Below are positions 21,191-31,993 of a stretch of DNA of 64,000 nt, piece by piece. A program made the translations under genes and the position numbers. Origin of the DNA: Trichormus sp. ATA11-4-KO1. GTDB lineage: Bacteria; Cyanobacteriota; Cyanobacteriia; Cyanobacteriales; Nostocaceae. Under the pieces are notes generated by a model that worked only from the letters and a program-made list of their open reading frames with translations, was not told the DNA's origin and ran no database searches. The DNA is taken from contig JAHHIM010000011.1 in the NCBI GenBank assembly GCA_019358915.1, positions 1 to 64,000 of the forward strand, given 5' to 3'. Each line of letters begins with the position of its first letter. The stretch's first letter is position 1.

Positions 21191-22285
21191 TTAACTACTA
21201 GTTAATTGAGTCCAATAACGCTCATAAACATCTTCAAAATCTCCCAAAGGAGTCAGACGTTCACACTTTTCTAATAATGAAGCAGGAGGATATAAATTGA
21301 CATTATTCTTGATTTGATTTGGTAATTGTTCAAACCCAGCACTATTAGGAGTAGCAAGGTTCAAACGTTGGCTGATTGTGGCTGCTACTTCTGGTTGTAA
21401 AATAAAGTTAATCCAGCCATAGCCTCCATCTATATTAGGTGCTGACTTAGGTATAACAATAGTATCAGTCCATAGGGAAGAACCACTGCGGGGAATTACA
21501 TATTTAAGTTTGGGGTTTTCTTTGGTAACTCGGATTGCATCTGATGAGTAACACATTGCTAAAGTTAAATCTCCTGCGAGTATTTGGTTTTGCCAAGCAT
21601 CAGTGTCAAAGGATGCGATCGCTGGTTTTAGAGCTACTAATTTTTCATAAGCCTGTTTAATTTGGTTTTCGTCCTGGGAGTTGTAAGAGTAACCCAGCAT
21701 CCGCAACACTGCACCCATGACCTCACGGACATCGTTTAACAATGTCATCCGCCTATTGAGTATTCCCTGATTTTGCCAAAGATATTCCCAATCCTCTGGT
21801 GCTTCTTTGAGGATTTCCGAATTATAAATTAAACCTGTTGTTCCCCAATTAAAGGGGATACTATAACGGTTTTTGGGATCATAACTAGGATTTTGGAATT
21901 GAGGAAATAAATTATCGATCCCAATTAAGCGATCGCGGTTGATTTCGGTTAATAAATTTTGCTCCTCCATCTTCTGCACCATATAGTCAGATGGATAGAT
22001 TAAGCTGTAAGCACCACCACCTCCAGCCAACAATTTAGCTAACATAACTTCGTTAGAATCATACACATCAACCAGCACTTTCATGCCAGTCTGAGCAGTG
22101 AAAGTTTGCAGTAATTGTTGATCAGAGTATTGTGTCCAGGTGTAAATATATAGTTGGTCGCTACGACTAGAGGTAGTAGGATTAGCTCCCACATCAGCCA
22201 GCCTCCAGCCACAACCAGCTAAAGACAAACTAGAAAGTGCTGCTATCCCTTGTAAAAATTGCCGTCTGTTATTCATTCTGCTCAA
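21191..22285 (-). CDS. potD: Polyamine ABC transporter substrate-binding lipoprotein
   Basis: RRQFL...LAGC Tat/lipoprotein signal; YDSNE, PSDY, WGTTG motifs. Confidence 0.88.
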   Translation of the reverse strand: MSRMNNRRQFLQGIAALSSLSLAGCGWRLADVGANPTTSSRSDQLYIYTWTQYSDQQLLQTFTAQTGMKVLVDVYDSNEVMLAKLLAGGGGAYSLIYPSDYMVQKMEEQNLLTEINRDRLIGIDNLFPQFQNPSYDPKNRYSIPFNWGTTGLIYNSEILKEAPEDWEYLWQNQGILNRRMTLLNDVREVMGAVLRMLGYSYNSQDENQIKQAYEKLVALKPAIASFDTDAWQNQILAGDLTLAMCYSSDAIRVTKENPKLKYVIPRSGSSLWTDTIVIPKSAPNIDGGYGWINFILQPEVAATISQRLNLATPNSAGFEQLPNQIKNNVNLYPPASLLEKCERLTPLGDFEDVYERYWTQLTSS

Positions 22286-22420
22286 CTCATCTCATGGTCA
22301 TACGCTTTGGCCACTACGAAATTAATATATCTGCGTGTAGTGTAATCTGTCACTGGTTTAAATAGCTAATTTTTAGAAGCAGTTTTGGTGAGATAATGGC
22401 AGATTAACATAAAACAATAT

Positions 22421-22483
22421 AGATCCCCGACTTCTTGTAGACACCCGTAGGGTGGCTTCCCGGAGGGTAGAAGTCGGGGATCT
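22421..22483. repeat. Palindromic miniature element with 15-bp terminal IR
   Basis: AGATCCCCGACTTCT (22421-22435) / AGAAGTCGGGGATCT (22469-22483). Confidence 0.8.
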
Positions 22484-22504
22484 GAGCCTCTTAGTTTATT
22501 TTGT

Positions 22505-23887
22505 ATGAAAACACCTATTGAATATTTAAAAAAACATAGTAAAAATAATTGGCTTTTGGGTTACTCTAGCTTAGAATTGTTAGCTTTAACTGAAGCTTTA
22601 TTTGAGGAATTTACTAACCCGGTTCCCCAAAAAATATTATTAGTAGAATCGAATCCGATTCGCTTTCTTGCTGGCTTAATTGCAGCTTACTCAAGAGGTC
22701 ATTACGTTTTTTTATGTAATCCTACCTGGGGTTCATCTGAATGGCAACAAGTATTTAATTTAGTTAAACCTGATTTAGTTTGGGGTAACTGCGAATATGT
22801 TCAACAATATGATAAAACACTGCGATCGCCTGTTTTCCAACCACTAAAAAATCAACCAAATAATTTGATTATGATTCCTACAGGCGGGTCATCAGGAAAG
22901 ATGCGTTTTGCTATGCATACCTGGCAAACTCTCACAGCATCAGTACAGGGTTTTCAAGAATATTTCCAAGTCAGTCAAGTTAATTCTATATGTGTATTGC
23001 CACTTTATCATGTTAGTGGTCTAATGCAATTCATGCGCTCTTTTACATCTGAAGGTCAGTTGTTAATTTTACCTTTTTCAGAGCTAAAATTAGGCAAGTT
23101 GTGTGAATTTAAGCCAAATGAATTTTTTATCTCTTTAGTGCCTACACAATTGCAATTTCTACTTAGCAAACCTATATTGACAAATTGGCTATCTCAATGT
23201 CAAACTGTGTTGCTAGGTGGCGCACCTGCTTGGTCTGAACTTTTGGAAAAAGCTAGATTTCATCATATCAAACTTGCACCTTCCTATGGCATGACGGAAA
23301 CCGCTTCGCAGATTGTCACCCTCAAACCAGAAAATTTCCTGAGTGGTAATAACAGTAGTGGTCAAGTTTTACCACATGCAAAAATTAAAATTTGTAGTGC
23401 AGATGGGCAAATTTTATCTTCTCCACAAATAGGGAGAATTTCTCTAGAAAGTTCATCGTTAGCACTAGGTTATTACCCTCAATTATTTCCTGATGCAAAA
23501 ACCTTTTATCCTGATGATATGGGATTTTTGGATAATGCAGGATATTTAAATATAGTTGGTCGTGACAGTGATAAAATCATTACTGGTGGGGAAAATGTGT
23601 TTCCTGGTGAAGTAGAATCTGTTATTAGAGCTACTAATTTAGTCATAGATGTAGCAGTCATTGGTGTCACAGACAGTTATTGGGGACAGATTGTTACTGC
23701 TATTTATATTCCGGTAAGTTCTAACATTTCATCCCAACAAATTCAAGAAGCAATTATTGATAAAATAACTCGCTACAAATTGCCAAAGTTATGGATACCC
23801 ATCAAAAAAATGCCCAGAAATGAACAAGGAAAACTAAATCGCCAACAACTTCAGACATTAGTAATTCAACATCAAACCACTAATTAA
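22505..23887 (+). CDS. menE: o-succinylbenzoate-CoA ligase-like AMP-binding enzyme
   Basis: PTGGSSGKMR, LPLYHVSG, SLVPTQL, SYGMTET, IITGGENV motifs. Confidence 0.78.
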   Translation: MKTPIEYLKKHSKNNWLLGYSSLELLALTEALFEEFTNPVPQKILLVESNPIRFLAGLIAAYSRGHYVFLCNPTWGSSEWQQVFNLVKPDLVWGNCEYVQQYDKTLRSPVFQPLKNQPNNLIMIPTGGSSGKMRFAMHTWQTLTASVQGFQEYFQVSQVNSICVLPLYHVSGLMQFMRSFTSEGQLLILPFSELKLGKLCEFKPNEFFISLVPTQLQFLLSKPILTNWLSQCQTVLLGGAPAWSELLEKARFHHIKLAPSYGMTETASQIVTLKPENFLSGNNSSGQVLPHAKIKICSADGQILSSPQIGRISLESSSLALGYYPQLFPDAKTFYPDDMGFLDNAGYLNIVGRDSDKIITGGENVFPGEVESVIRATNLVIDVAVIGVTDSYWGQIVTAIYIPVSSNISSQQIQEAIIDKITRYKLPKLWIPIKKMPRNEQGKLNRQQLQTLVIQHQTTN

Positions 23888-23922
23888 CCTGAGTTCGGGA
23901 TAAGCTGAAATCTTTAGGTTTA

Positions 23923-24098
23923 TCCCTCATTTGTCACTTTGGGAGAATCCAATCGCTCAAATGGTTACGGTGCTTTAGTTTCCACTTTTCGTCTATGAAT
24001 TTTAGTTTCTGTTAGGAAATAAAGCCTCAAACCTGGATCAAATCAAAGTCTCAGAATTTGGCTGAGATTATTGTTTTCCGAGAGTGACAAAACAGGGT
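23923..24098. mobile_element. ~176-bp MITE with imperfect TIRs flanked by TA
   Basis: Left TA|TCCCTCATTTGTCACTTTGGGAGAA; right end reverse-complemented TA|ACCCTGTTTTGTCACTCTCGGAAAA. Confidence 0.6.
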
Positions 24099-24101
24099 TA
24101 T

Positions 24102-24139
24102 ACTCAGCACTCAGCACTCAGCACTCAGCACTCAGCACT
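24102..24139. repeat. Heptamer tandem repeat (ACTCAGC)x5, overlapping the potA stop codon
   Basis: Direct reading. Confidence 0.95.
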
Positions 24140-25262
24140 TTCCTATAGCTACACAGTCACTTTCCGTCCACCAAGCGTAGATAGGTGTGTCGTGGTCTGG
24201 TAAATTACCAATAGTATTGGGCTGCAAAACGTTAATGCTGACACCGTTTGTTAATTCCACAACATAGTTAACATGAGTCCCCAAAAACATGACATTGACT
24301 AATCGTCCTTCAAAGCAATTAGTCATGACACTAGGCTGATAAAGCGAGAGTTGAATTTTTTCCGGGCGCACACTCACCACGACTACTTGAGATAATTCGC
24401 TTGGTGTATCTTCATGACGGGTGACGACAATTGTCAGTCCCGTTTTGGTGGTAATTTGCACACAAGAAGATTCCACAGTCGTGATTTCACCACTGAATAA
24501 ATTAGTATCACCAATAAAATCAGCGACAAAGGATGTTTGGGGATGTTCGTAAATCTGTCTGGGAGTACCAACTTGCTCAATTTTGCCTTGATTCATCACA
24601 GCAATGCGATCGCTCAAGGACATAGCCTCCTCTTGGTCGTGTGTCACCATGATAAAGGTCAATCCCAATTCTTTGTGTAAATTCGATAACTCCACCTGCA
24701 TATCCTTACGCAGTTTTAAGTCTAACGCGCCTAAAGGTTCATCTAGCAGCACGACTGCGGGGCGATTGACTAGCGCCCTAGCCAAAGCAACTCGCTGCTG
24801 TTGACCTCCAGAGAGTTGACTGGGAAAGCGCGATCGCAAACTTTCCATTTTTACTAACTTTAAAGCTTCTTGAACTCGGCTTTCAATTTCTGATGTACGT
24901 AATTTTTGCAGGCGCAGTCCAAAAGCAATGTTATCCCACACATTTAAGTGGTTGAACAAAGCATAGCTTTGAAATACGGTGTTGACGGGTCGGCGATATG
25001 GAGGGACATTAGTCATAGACTGACCCTGAATCAATACCTTGCCCGCATCAGTCATTTCAAACCCGGCAATTAATCTGAGTGTGGTTGTCTTACCACAACC
25101 AGATGGCCCTAAAATACTAAAAAATTCCCCTTGTCTGACATCCAAGTCTACACCATGTACTGCTGGTTCTTGGTTGAAAAACTTGAACACGTTTCGCAGT
25201 TCAACATCAAGTGGCTGAAAAGTCGTGATCCCACTATGATTCTGTGTGACAGTTTGAGCCAT
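24132..25262 (-). CDS. potA: Polyamine ABC transporter ATP-binding subunit
   Basis: [30 protein letters not shown]-like C-terminus. Confidence 0.9.
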   Translation of the reverse strand: MAQTVTQNHSGITTFQPLDVELRNVFKFFNQEPAVHGVDLDVRQGEFFSILGPSGCGKTTTLRLIAGFEMTDAGKVLIQGQSMTNVPPYRRPVNTVFQSYALFNHLNVWDNIAFGLRLQKLRTSEIESRVQEALKLVKMESLRSRFPSQLSGGQQQRVALARALVNRPAVVLLDEPLGALDLKLRKDMQVELSNLHKELGLTFIMVTHDQEEAMSLSDRIAVMNQGKIEQVGTPRQIYEHPQTSFVADFIGDTNLFSGEITTVESSCVQITTKTGLTIVVTRHEDTPSELSQVVVVSVRPEKIQLSLYQPSVMTNCFEGRLVNVMFLGTHVNYVVELTNGVSINVLQPNTIGNLPDHDTPIYAWWTESDCVAIGKC

Positions 25263-25649
25263 AATCCTCAGTAGAATGCAGTGATATTAGGTAGTTTTGT
25301 CGATTAATGTAGTCTATTAAGTAAACTAGACACAACACTTTGGTTTATTGTATCCGCCTAAATCGATTGATAAGGAATATACTTCCTCAATTGTTATAAG
25401 CTCAATACCAGGTAAAAGTTTAGGGGATCAGTACAAATATCCAAATAAGTTCAGAATTCTCAGCTAGAGGAATTAAAATTCAGCATTTAGCACTCACAGT
25501 TTAGTAACTATAACTGGAGACTAAATGAATTATGAAGTATAAAATTTAAAAGTTCATACTTCAGGCGATCGCTTTTTCATCAAAAACCTGGTAGGCACTT
25601 AGCACAATTGTATACACAGTAATACTAGTTGAGAAACTTTCTTTATCTT

Positions 25650-27467
25650 ATGGCTTTATTGCAACCATCCCCACTTGGTGGAAAACAAAATACACGTACC
25701 GTTGGACGAAATTTTCAGCCCATATTTTTAATTGCATTTACTTTGTTGATGACGGGGACAATAAGTGTCCGTTTAGCATACTTGCAAATTGTCGAAGGAG
25801 CGAACCACCGAAAACGCGCAGAGGCTAACCGGGTGCGGATAATTCCCAAACAACCAGAAAGAGGTAATGTTTTTGACCGTAATGGCCAACTTCTAGCGAG
25901 TACGCGTTATCCTCGTTCTGTGTATTTGTGGCCAATGGCACATACCAAGCCTGGATGGACAGTTGTGAGTTCGCGTCTGGAGAAAATTCTGGAAATCTCC
26001 TCAGAGGAAATAGAAAAGAAGCTACAAGAGGCAGGACCGAATTCTTCTTCACTGATTCGGATTGCTCGTGACCTAGATGAAGCACAAATAACAGCGTTGA
26101 AGGAGTATGAAAACGAACTCCAAGATGTGGAAATACACACAGAAGCTGTTCGCTACTACCCCCACGGCAAAGAATTAGCCCATGTACTGGGTTATACGCG
26201 GGAATTAACTGCCGAACAATTAAAAGAGAAGAAGGAGGAAGGCTATCGATTGGGAGATGTAATTGGTCAAATGGGGTCGGAAAAGGCTTATGAGAAAATC
26301 CTTCGGGGTGAATGGGGCGGTCAACAGGTAGAGGTGGATGGTGCAGGTCGTCCCATTCGAGTTTTGGGAGAAAAACAAGCAAAAGCTGGTAAAGATATCC
26401 ACTTAACTATAGATTTAAATGTCCAAAAGGCAGCAGAAAAGGCTTTAGGTAAACGTGATGGTGCGATCGTGGCACTTGATCCCAAGAATGGCGCTGTCTT
26501 AGCGATGGTGTCTCACCCTACTTTTGATCCCAATATCTTCTCCAAGCAAAAACTCTCCCAAAAAGATTGGGAAACTGTTCAAGGTGCAGACCATCCTTTA
26601 GTTAACCGCGCCCTCAGTGCCTTTCCGCCTGCCAGTACCTTCAAAATTGTCACGACCACGGCTGGGTTGGAATCGGGTAAATTTTCTCCTAACACAGTGC
26701 TACAAACCTACGGTTCCTTAACTGTTGGTGGTACTCGATTTGGTGAGTGGAACCACACCGGATTTGGCCCGTTAGGTTTTGTGGGCGCAATGCAGTGGAG
26801 TAGTGATACTTTCTTTTATCAAATTGGTAGGGCAGTTGGCGGCCCTACTTTAATTGAATGGACTCGTAAATACGGATTTGGGCAAAAAACCGGCTTTGAA
26901 TTCGCCTCGGAAGAAGCTAAAGGATTAGTGCCTGATGAGACATGGAAGCAAAAGGTTTGGAAGATGCCTTGGACTGTAGGCGACAGTATCAATATGTCAA
27001 TTGGTCAAGGCGCTTTACTAACTACCCCTTTGCAAGTTGCTGTGATGTTTGCAGTACCAGCTAATGGTGGCTACCGAGTCCAGCCGCATTTGCTCAAAGA
27101 TAATGAAGAAGCAAAAAGCTGGCGAGAACCTGTAAATCTCAAGCCAACAACACTGAGAATTCTCCGCGAAGGCTTGAGGAAAGTGATCTCTGAAGGTACT
27201 GGTAAAGTTTTATATCAGCCCACAATTCCCCCAGTAGCTGGCAAAAGTGGTACAGCTGAAGCATGGAAGCGTGGGGTGAAACAAAATCATGCTTGGTTTG
27301 GTGCTTATGCTCCTGCTGATAAACCAGAAATTTTAATCGTAGCTTTTGCTGAACATTCTGGCGGTGGTGGTGGTAGTGTTGCTGCTCCGATGATTTTAAA
27401 AATTATGGAGGACTATTTTCAACGCAAGTACCCTAGCAAATATCAGAAGCCGATGGCGGGGAATTAG
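25650..27467 (+). CDS. mrdA: Penicillin-binding protein 2 (class B transpeptidase)
   Basis: RGNVFDRNG, PASTFK (SxxK), SSD (SxD), KSGTAE; ATG at 25650 preferred over the upstream TTG. Confidence 0.9.
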   Translation: MALLQPSPLGGKQNTRTVGRNFQPIFLIAFTLLMTGTISVRLAYLQIVEGANHRKRAEANRVRIIPKQPERGNVFDRNGQLLASTRYPRSVYLWPMAHTKPGWTVVSSRLEKILEISSEEIEKKLQEAGPNSSSLIRIARDLDEAQITALKEYENELQDVEIHTEAVRYYPHGKELAHVLGYTRELTAEQLKEKKEEGYRLGDVIGQMGSEKAYEKILRGEWGGQQVEVDGAGRPIRVLGEKQAKAGKDIHLTIDLNVQKAAEKALGKRDGAIVALDPKNGAVLAMVSHPTFDPNIFSKQKLSQKDWETVQGADHPLVNRALSAFPPASTFKIVTTTAGLESGKFSPNTVLQTYGSLTVGGTRFGEWNHTGFGPLGFVGAMQWSSDTFFYQIGRAVGGPTLIEWTRKYGFGQKTGFEFASEEAKGLVPDETWKQKVWKMPWTVGDSINMSIGQGALLTTPLQVAVMFAVPANGGYRVQPHLLKDNEEAKSWREPVNLKPTTLRILREGLRKVISEGTGKVLYQPTIPPVAGKSGTAEAWKRGVKQNHAWFGAYAPADKPEILIVAFAEHSGGGGGSVAAPMILKIMEDYFQRKYPSKYQKPMAGN

Positions 27468-27474
27468 TACTCAG

Positions 27475-28806
27475 TTACGTTGAAAAGGGTGAGTGAGGGG
27501 GCAGAGGAGATCGCACTGGCTCCATTTTGTGGTCAGCCGCAGCAACACTCACCTGATACCTGATGAATCTGAATAACCAGTAGGAGGTTTTTGATCTGGT
27601 GGTGGTTGATATCCAGGATATGCAGCTTGAGTTATACCTATGGTTATAGTCAAAACACAAATTGTTAAAATCTTGGCACTCAAAAGCTTGTGCAAGAGCC
27701 AATTGACCAACTGCAACCTTTTTAATCTCTGCGGTGGGAATCATCGCCTTAATGACCAAAGGAGCATTTTGAGGCACAATTTCGGCCACAGGTTCACTAG
27801 CACGCACGACTTGGCCGGAGTTGCGTAAATTAAGCTTGAGGATAATACCGTCGCTAGTCGCACGAATAATGCTACTTTGCAGTTGATTTTCTAGTTGTTG
27901 AAGTTCTTTGCGAAACTGGTTGAGTTGATTGTGCATGTCAACTCGCCGTTGAATTAAAGCTTGTTTTTCTTTCTTTAAGGTAGCAATTGTTGCTTCACCC
28001 CTAGCAGCTTCTTGCGCAATACGTTCTTGAGCAATATCTACCATTGCTGTAGTAGGATTGATTGCAGCTTTAGCTACTTGCACTTTCGTTTGTGCAATTT
28101 CCACGGCTTTCGTTTCAGCTTCTAGGATGGCCTTTGTTTGCTGAACTAGGAGCTTTTTCTGTTCATACTCACGTTGACCAATCGCGCCAGTTCCGGATAA
28201 TTGCTCATAGCGATCGCGATCCAATTTAGCAAAGTCTAAATCGGCATGAGCTTTTTGTAATTCTGCTTGTGTTCTTTGCAAACTTGCTTCTGCGGCTTGT
28301 AATTCATTTTGCGTAGCAATTTGGCGTTCTTGATAGTCTCTTTGATTACGTGCTAAATCAGAGCGAGCCGCAGCAACCGTTCTTTCTATTACTCTTCGTT
28401 CAGCCAAAATTTGAGTATCTAAAGAGTCAATTTGAGCATTAATTTGAATTAATTGTAAATTGCCCTGTTGAATATTTCCTTGTAGTTGACTTTTTTTAAT
28501 TTGTAATTCTTCTGATTCAAGGCGAGCAATGACATCACCTTGTTTAACAATCTGATTTTCTTTAACTAAAATTTGTTCTACAGTACCTTCTGTCTTCGGC
28601 TGTACTAATCGAATTTCTCCTGTAGGACGAACAGTAGCCGTAGCCTTGACTGTGACTTTATATTTCACCCATGAAGAGAGGGCGATCGCTGAAATAACCG
28701 TCCCCATCAACAGAATTCCCGCTAAAGACATCCAGATGCTAATAGGAGGTAAAAAATCTTCAGTTTTCACTGAAGGAATTATTTTTTTGTTATGAGTGTA
28801 AAGCAT
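27475..28806 (-). pseudogene. HlyD-family membrane fusion protein with truncated, chimeric C-terminus
   Basis: Recognisable HlyD up to ...IKKVAVGQ (~27703), then unrelated sequence; the C-terminal barrel/membrane-proximal part is missing. Confidence 0.75.
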
Positions 28807-28831
28807 ATTTTTATAGGCAAATTAGTACTAA

Positions 28832-30982
28832 TCAAGAAGTTAAAAAATCCAAATGTTCTCCTGGTTTTTCTCTTAATTCTTTTAAAGAACCCTCTTGTTT
28901 TAATTTTCCATTTTCTAACAAAATAACCCAATCAGCCCGATTAATTACTTTAGGACGATGAGTAATTAAAATTGTAGTTTTCCCACGGCGATGCTTAAAT
29001 AACTGATCTAAAACTTGCGTTTCACTCACTGGATCAAGTCCACCAGTAGATTCATCTAAAATTAAAATTGATGGTTCTGTTACTATAGCTCTAGCTATTG
29101 CCAGTCTTTGGCGTTGTCCACCAGAAATATTTGCCCCAAACTCTCCTAAAACAGTTTGATATTTATCAGGTAATTTACTGATAAATTCATCAGCATCAGC
29201 AATTTTACAAGCTCTAACAATCTGCTCAAAAGAAACATGGGGCGCTCCTAAGCGGAAATTTTCCACTATGGAACGACTCCAAAAATGAGCATCTTGAGGA
29301 ACAAGCACTACCTGTTGTCGTAAACAATCAAGAGAAAGGTCTGGAAGATTATATAACCCAATTTGGATGTTACCAGATTGCAGTGTATACAACCCAGCAA
29401 TTAGTTTTGCTAAAGTGCTTTTACCACAACCAGATTTACCAATAACGGCAACAACTTTACCTCCAGGAATTGTTAAAGAAAAGTCTTCTAAAAGGTCAAG
29501 CCGACCAGCATAGTGAAAGTTAACATTGCTGCAAACAATATCAGCATCACCTGAAATTTTTGCAAAAGGCTTTTTACCATCACTTTCATTTTCAGGCGTA
29601 GCATCTATCACTTCTGTGAGACGCTGTGTTGCCGTTTTTACACGAGTAAATTCTTCAACAAAACTAATAACCGTAGCAATTAATCCTAAGAAGTTAGCAT
29701 TCATCGAATTAAATGCTAATAGCTGCCCAATACTAAGATTTTCTGCGGGATTAATCACTAAATAGCCACCAAACCAAAGTAAAATTACACCACCAATAGC
29801 CGAAACAAAACTAGAAAAAGTATTATTAATAATTCCAATTTGCATTGTGCGAAATGCTAAGTTGCTCAGAACTCCAAACCTACCTTGTAATTCATCTCTA
29901 AATTGTGGTCCCGACGTGGTGGTTTTGAGAGTAAGAGCGCCTTTAAATGTTTCTACTAAAACTCCCTGTGTTTCAGCATCTTTGACTAATAACTCACGAG
30001 TTTTTTGCCGTAAAGTTGGTTGAAATACCACTGTAGATAAAGTCATAACTACAGCAATAATTGCCGCTAAAGCAGTCAGTTTCCAACTATAAAAAAACAT
30101 CAAACAAAGAGAAATAACCGCAATAAAAAAGCGGCTAGGTAAACTGACGACTACCTGAGCTACTAACTGATTAATCTGCTCAATATCTTGTAGTCTACTA
30201 ACAATTTCTCCACTACGCCGAGCCTCATAGTAAGAGAGCGGCAATTGTAAAATTTGTCGCCCAAATTCCAAAACTAAACTCAGTTTCAGCCGTTGGGCAA
30301 AGTGAGCAATTAAATTAGACTGCACATATGACAGGCTAGTAGAAATAAAATTCATCACCACTACAGCGATCGCTACTGTAGCGAGTAAACTTGTATCACC
30401 TCGAACTAGCACATCATCAGTAAGAATTTGCAGCAGGAAAGGAGAAGCCAAAGACAATAACCCCAACATTAAGTTAAGGGGTAAAGCTTGGGCAAGAATT
30501 GCCCGATAAGTCCAAACGCGCTTGAAGAAACGCAAAAACCCACCAACTTGGTCATCTTTTTGGGCAAAAAAGCGGATTGGATCTGGTTCTAATAAGAGCA
30601 TTAACCAGTCTGTCCAACCCTCTGCTAAATCTTGGGGAGACAGATAACGAACCCCCACAGCCGGATCAGCAATTAAACATTTTTTACCTTTTTTGCCGTA
30701 TAAAACAACCCAGTGATTTCCTTTCCAGTGAATAATTGCCGGCAAAGGTGCTTCATTTAACCGCTCAAGTAACTCTGGTGAAGTTTTTACAGGACGAGCA
30801 TTAAAACCAAGTGTTTCTGCACCTCGCCTTAATCCCAACAAAGTTGTGCCAAATTGTCCCGTACCTACGGCTTCGCGAATGTGGCTGAGAGTGAAAGTAC
30901 GCCCGTGATATTTAGAAATTGCTGCCAGACAAGCTGCACCGCAATCTTCCTCACTATGCTGCCGCACAAATTGGTATTTCAT
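28832..30982 (-). CDS. Peptidase C39-containing ABC transporter (PCAT)
   Basis: QHSEEDCGAAC, HWVV, IADPA catalytic residues; TMD; GKSGCGKS and ISGGQRQR. Confidence 0.93.
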   Translation of the reverse strand: MKYQFVRQHSEEDCGAACLAAISKYHGRTFTLSHIREAVGTGQFGTTLLGLRRGAETLGFNARPVKTSPELLERLNEAPLPAIIHWKGNHWVVLYGKKGKKCLIADPAVGVRYLSPQDLAEGWTDWLMLLLEPDPIRFFAQKDDQVGGFLRFFKRVWTYRAILAQALPLNLMLGLLSLASPFLLQILTDDVLVRGDTSLLATVAIAVVVMNFISTSLSYVQSNLIAHFAQRLKLSLVLEFGRQILQLPLSYYEARRSGEIVSRLQDIEQINQLVAQVVVSLPSRFFIAVISLCLMFFYSWKLTALAAIIAVVMTLSTVVFQPTLRQKTRELLVKDAETQGVLVETFKGALTLKTTTSGPQFRDELQGRFGVLSNLAFRTMQIGIINNTFSSFVSAIGGVILLWFGGYLVINPAENLSIGQLLAFNSMNANFLGLIATVISFVEEFTRVKTATQRLTEVIDATPENESDGKKPFAKISGDADIVCSNVNFHYAGRLDLLEDFSLTIPGGKVVAVIGKSGCGKSTLAKLIAGLYTLQSGNIQIGLYNLPDLSLDCLRQQVVLVPQDAHFWSRSIVENFRLGAPHVSFEQIVRACKIADADEFISKLPDKYQTVLGEFGANISGGQRQRLAIARAIVTEPSILILDESTGGLDPVSETQVLDQLFKHRRGKTTILITHRPKVINRADWVILLENGKLKQEGSLKELREKPGEHLDFLTS

Positions 30983-31023
30983 AAGTAAAGCACCCTAAAG
31001 TTGCAGAAGCAGAGCAGATTATG

Positions 31024-31326
31024 CTAGCTAAAAAATCTACTTAATAAACTACTTCCTCTACTTTGGGAATTTCTGGGGAGATTGAAACCTCCAGAGAATG
31101 AAGCAAGAATTAAGGTTGTTTGAGAATACTGATATAACGCTTGGTCACGGAAAGAAGCTACCAAATTACCGTCAAAGAGATTAAGTTCGCTGCTAGCGAA
31201 ACTGAGGATATTTGTCTGTTGGAAAAATAGAAAATCGAAAGAACTACCCCCAGAAATTTCTTCTTGTTGCTGCTCAGGCAATTCAATGAATAATTCAGAT
31301 TGTTTAATTTCACTCTCAAAAGACAT
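31024..31326 (-). CDS. Double-glycine leader peptide precursor (100 aa)
   Basis: LFIELPEQQQEEISGG leader; GAGG RBS upstream; adjacent to PCAT. Confidence 0.8.
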   Translation of the reverse strand: MSFESEIKQSELFIELPEQQQEEISGGSSFDFLFFQQTNILSFASSELNLFDGNLVASFRDQALYQYSQTTLILASFSGGFNLPRNSQSRGSSLLSRFFS

Positions 31327-31565
31327 ATTATTTATTACCTCTCTAAAGGGCTTGTATCCTCTTTTAATTTTTAATTTTTAATTGGAGCGAAGCGACGGTC
31401 AATTCAAGAGAGGATTCCGGAGTAATACCTGTTCCTAAAATTCCAATTCACACACCAAATTGGAATTTTAGTTTACTTACCATGAGAAAGTAAGGTACTC
31501 CTGGAATCCATTTTTGAGCTATTCAATTTCCGAGTAATTGGGAGTAGTTAACTCGGCAAATTAAA

Positions 31566-31787
31566 TTACAAACCAAAAGCAGATAGGAAACTGCTAGCAC
31601 CTGTAGTTGTGGTGCTGTACACATTAAGTGAGCTTGAGCTACTGCCATTAGGACCTGCACTAGCGGTAGCTACTCTTGCTGCCAAAACGCTGGAGAAGAA
31701 AGCACTTTCGCCTGTGAAAACATCGAAGCCACCAGCTACGATTTCTTGTTGTTCAACAGATACTTCAGTAAATAATTGGTTAGACAT
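31566..31787 (-). CDS. Double-glycine leader peptide precursor (CTB-family bacteriocin-like, 73 aa)
   Basis: MSNQLFTEVSVEQQEIVAGG leader; S/T/G/A-rich core with SAGPNGS. Confidence 0.85.
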   Translation of the reverse strand: MSNQLFTEVSVEQQEIVAGGFDVFTGESAFFSSVLAARVATASAGPNGSSSSSLNVYSTTTTGASSFLSAFGL

Positions 31788-31993
31788 GGTTTTAATCTCT
31801 TGGTATTAGGGATAATTACCAGAATTGGTAGCCGTTTTGACTACTCAACTCTTGGGTTGTTATTAAAATAACCTTGCTTGAATAACTAAGTCATTTACAT
31901 TTTCTGCAAACTTAATTACCTGATTTAGAAATAGCTGTTGCATAATCAAGCCAGGGTAATTACCGAAAACTACATCAAGGTATTACACTTTAT

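Noticed and set aside
25825..26382. 185-aa antisense ORF within mrdA, and similar shadow ORFs (e.g. 15853-16212, 5532-5897, 39435-39758)
   Set aside because: They overlap well-supported genes and carry no recognisable motifs
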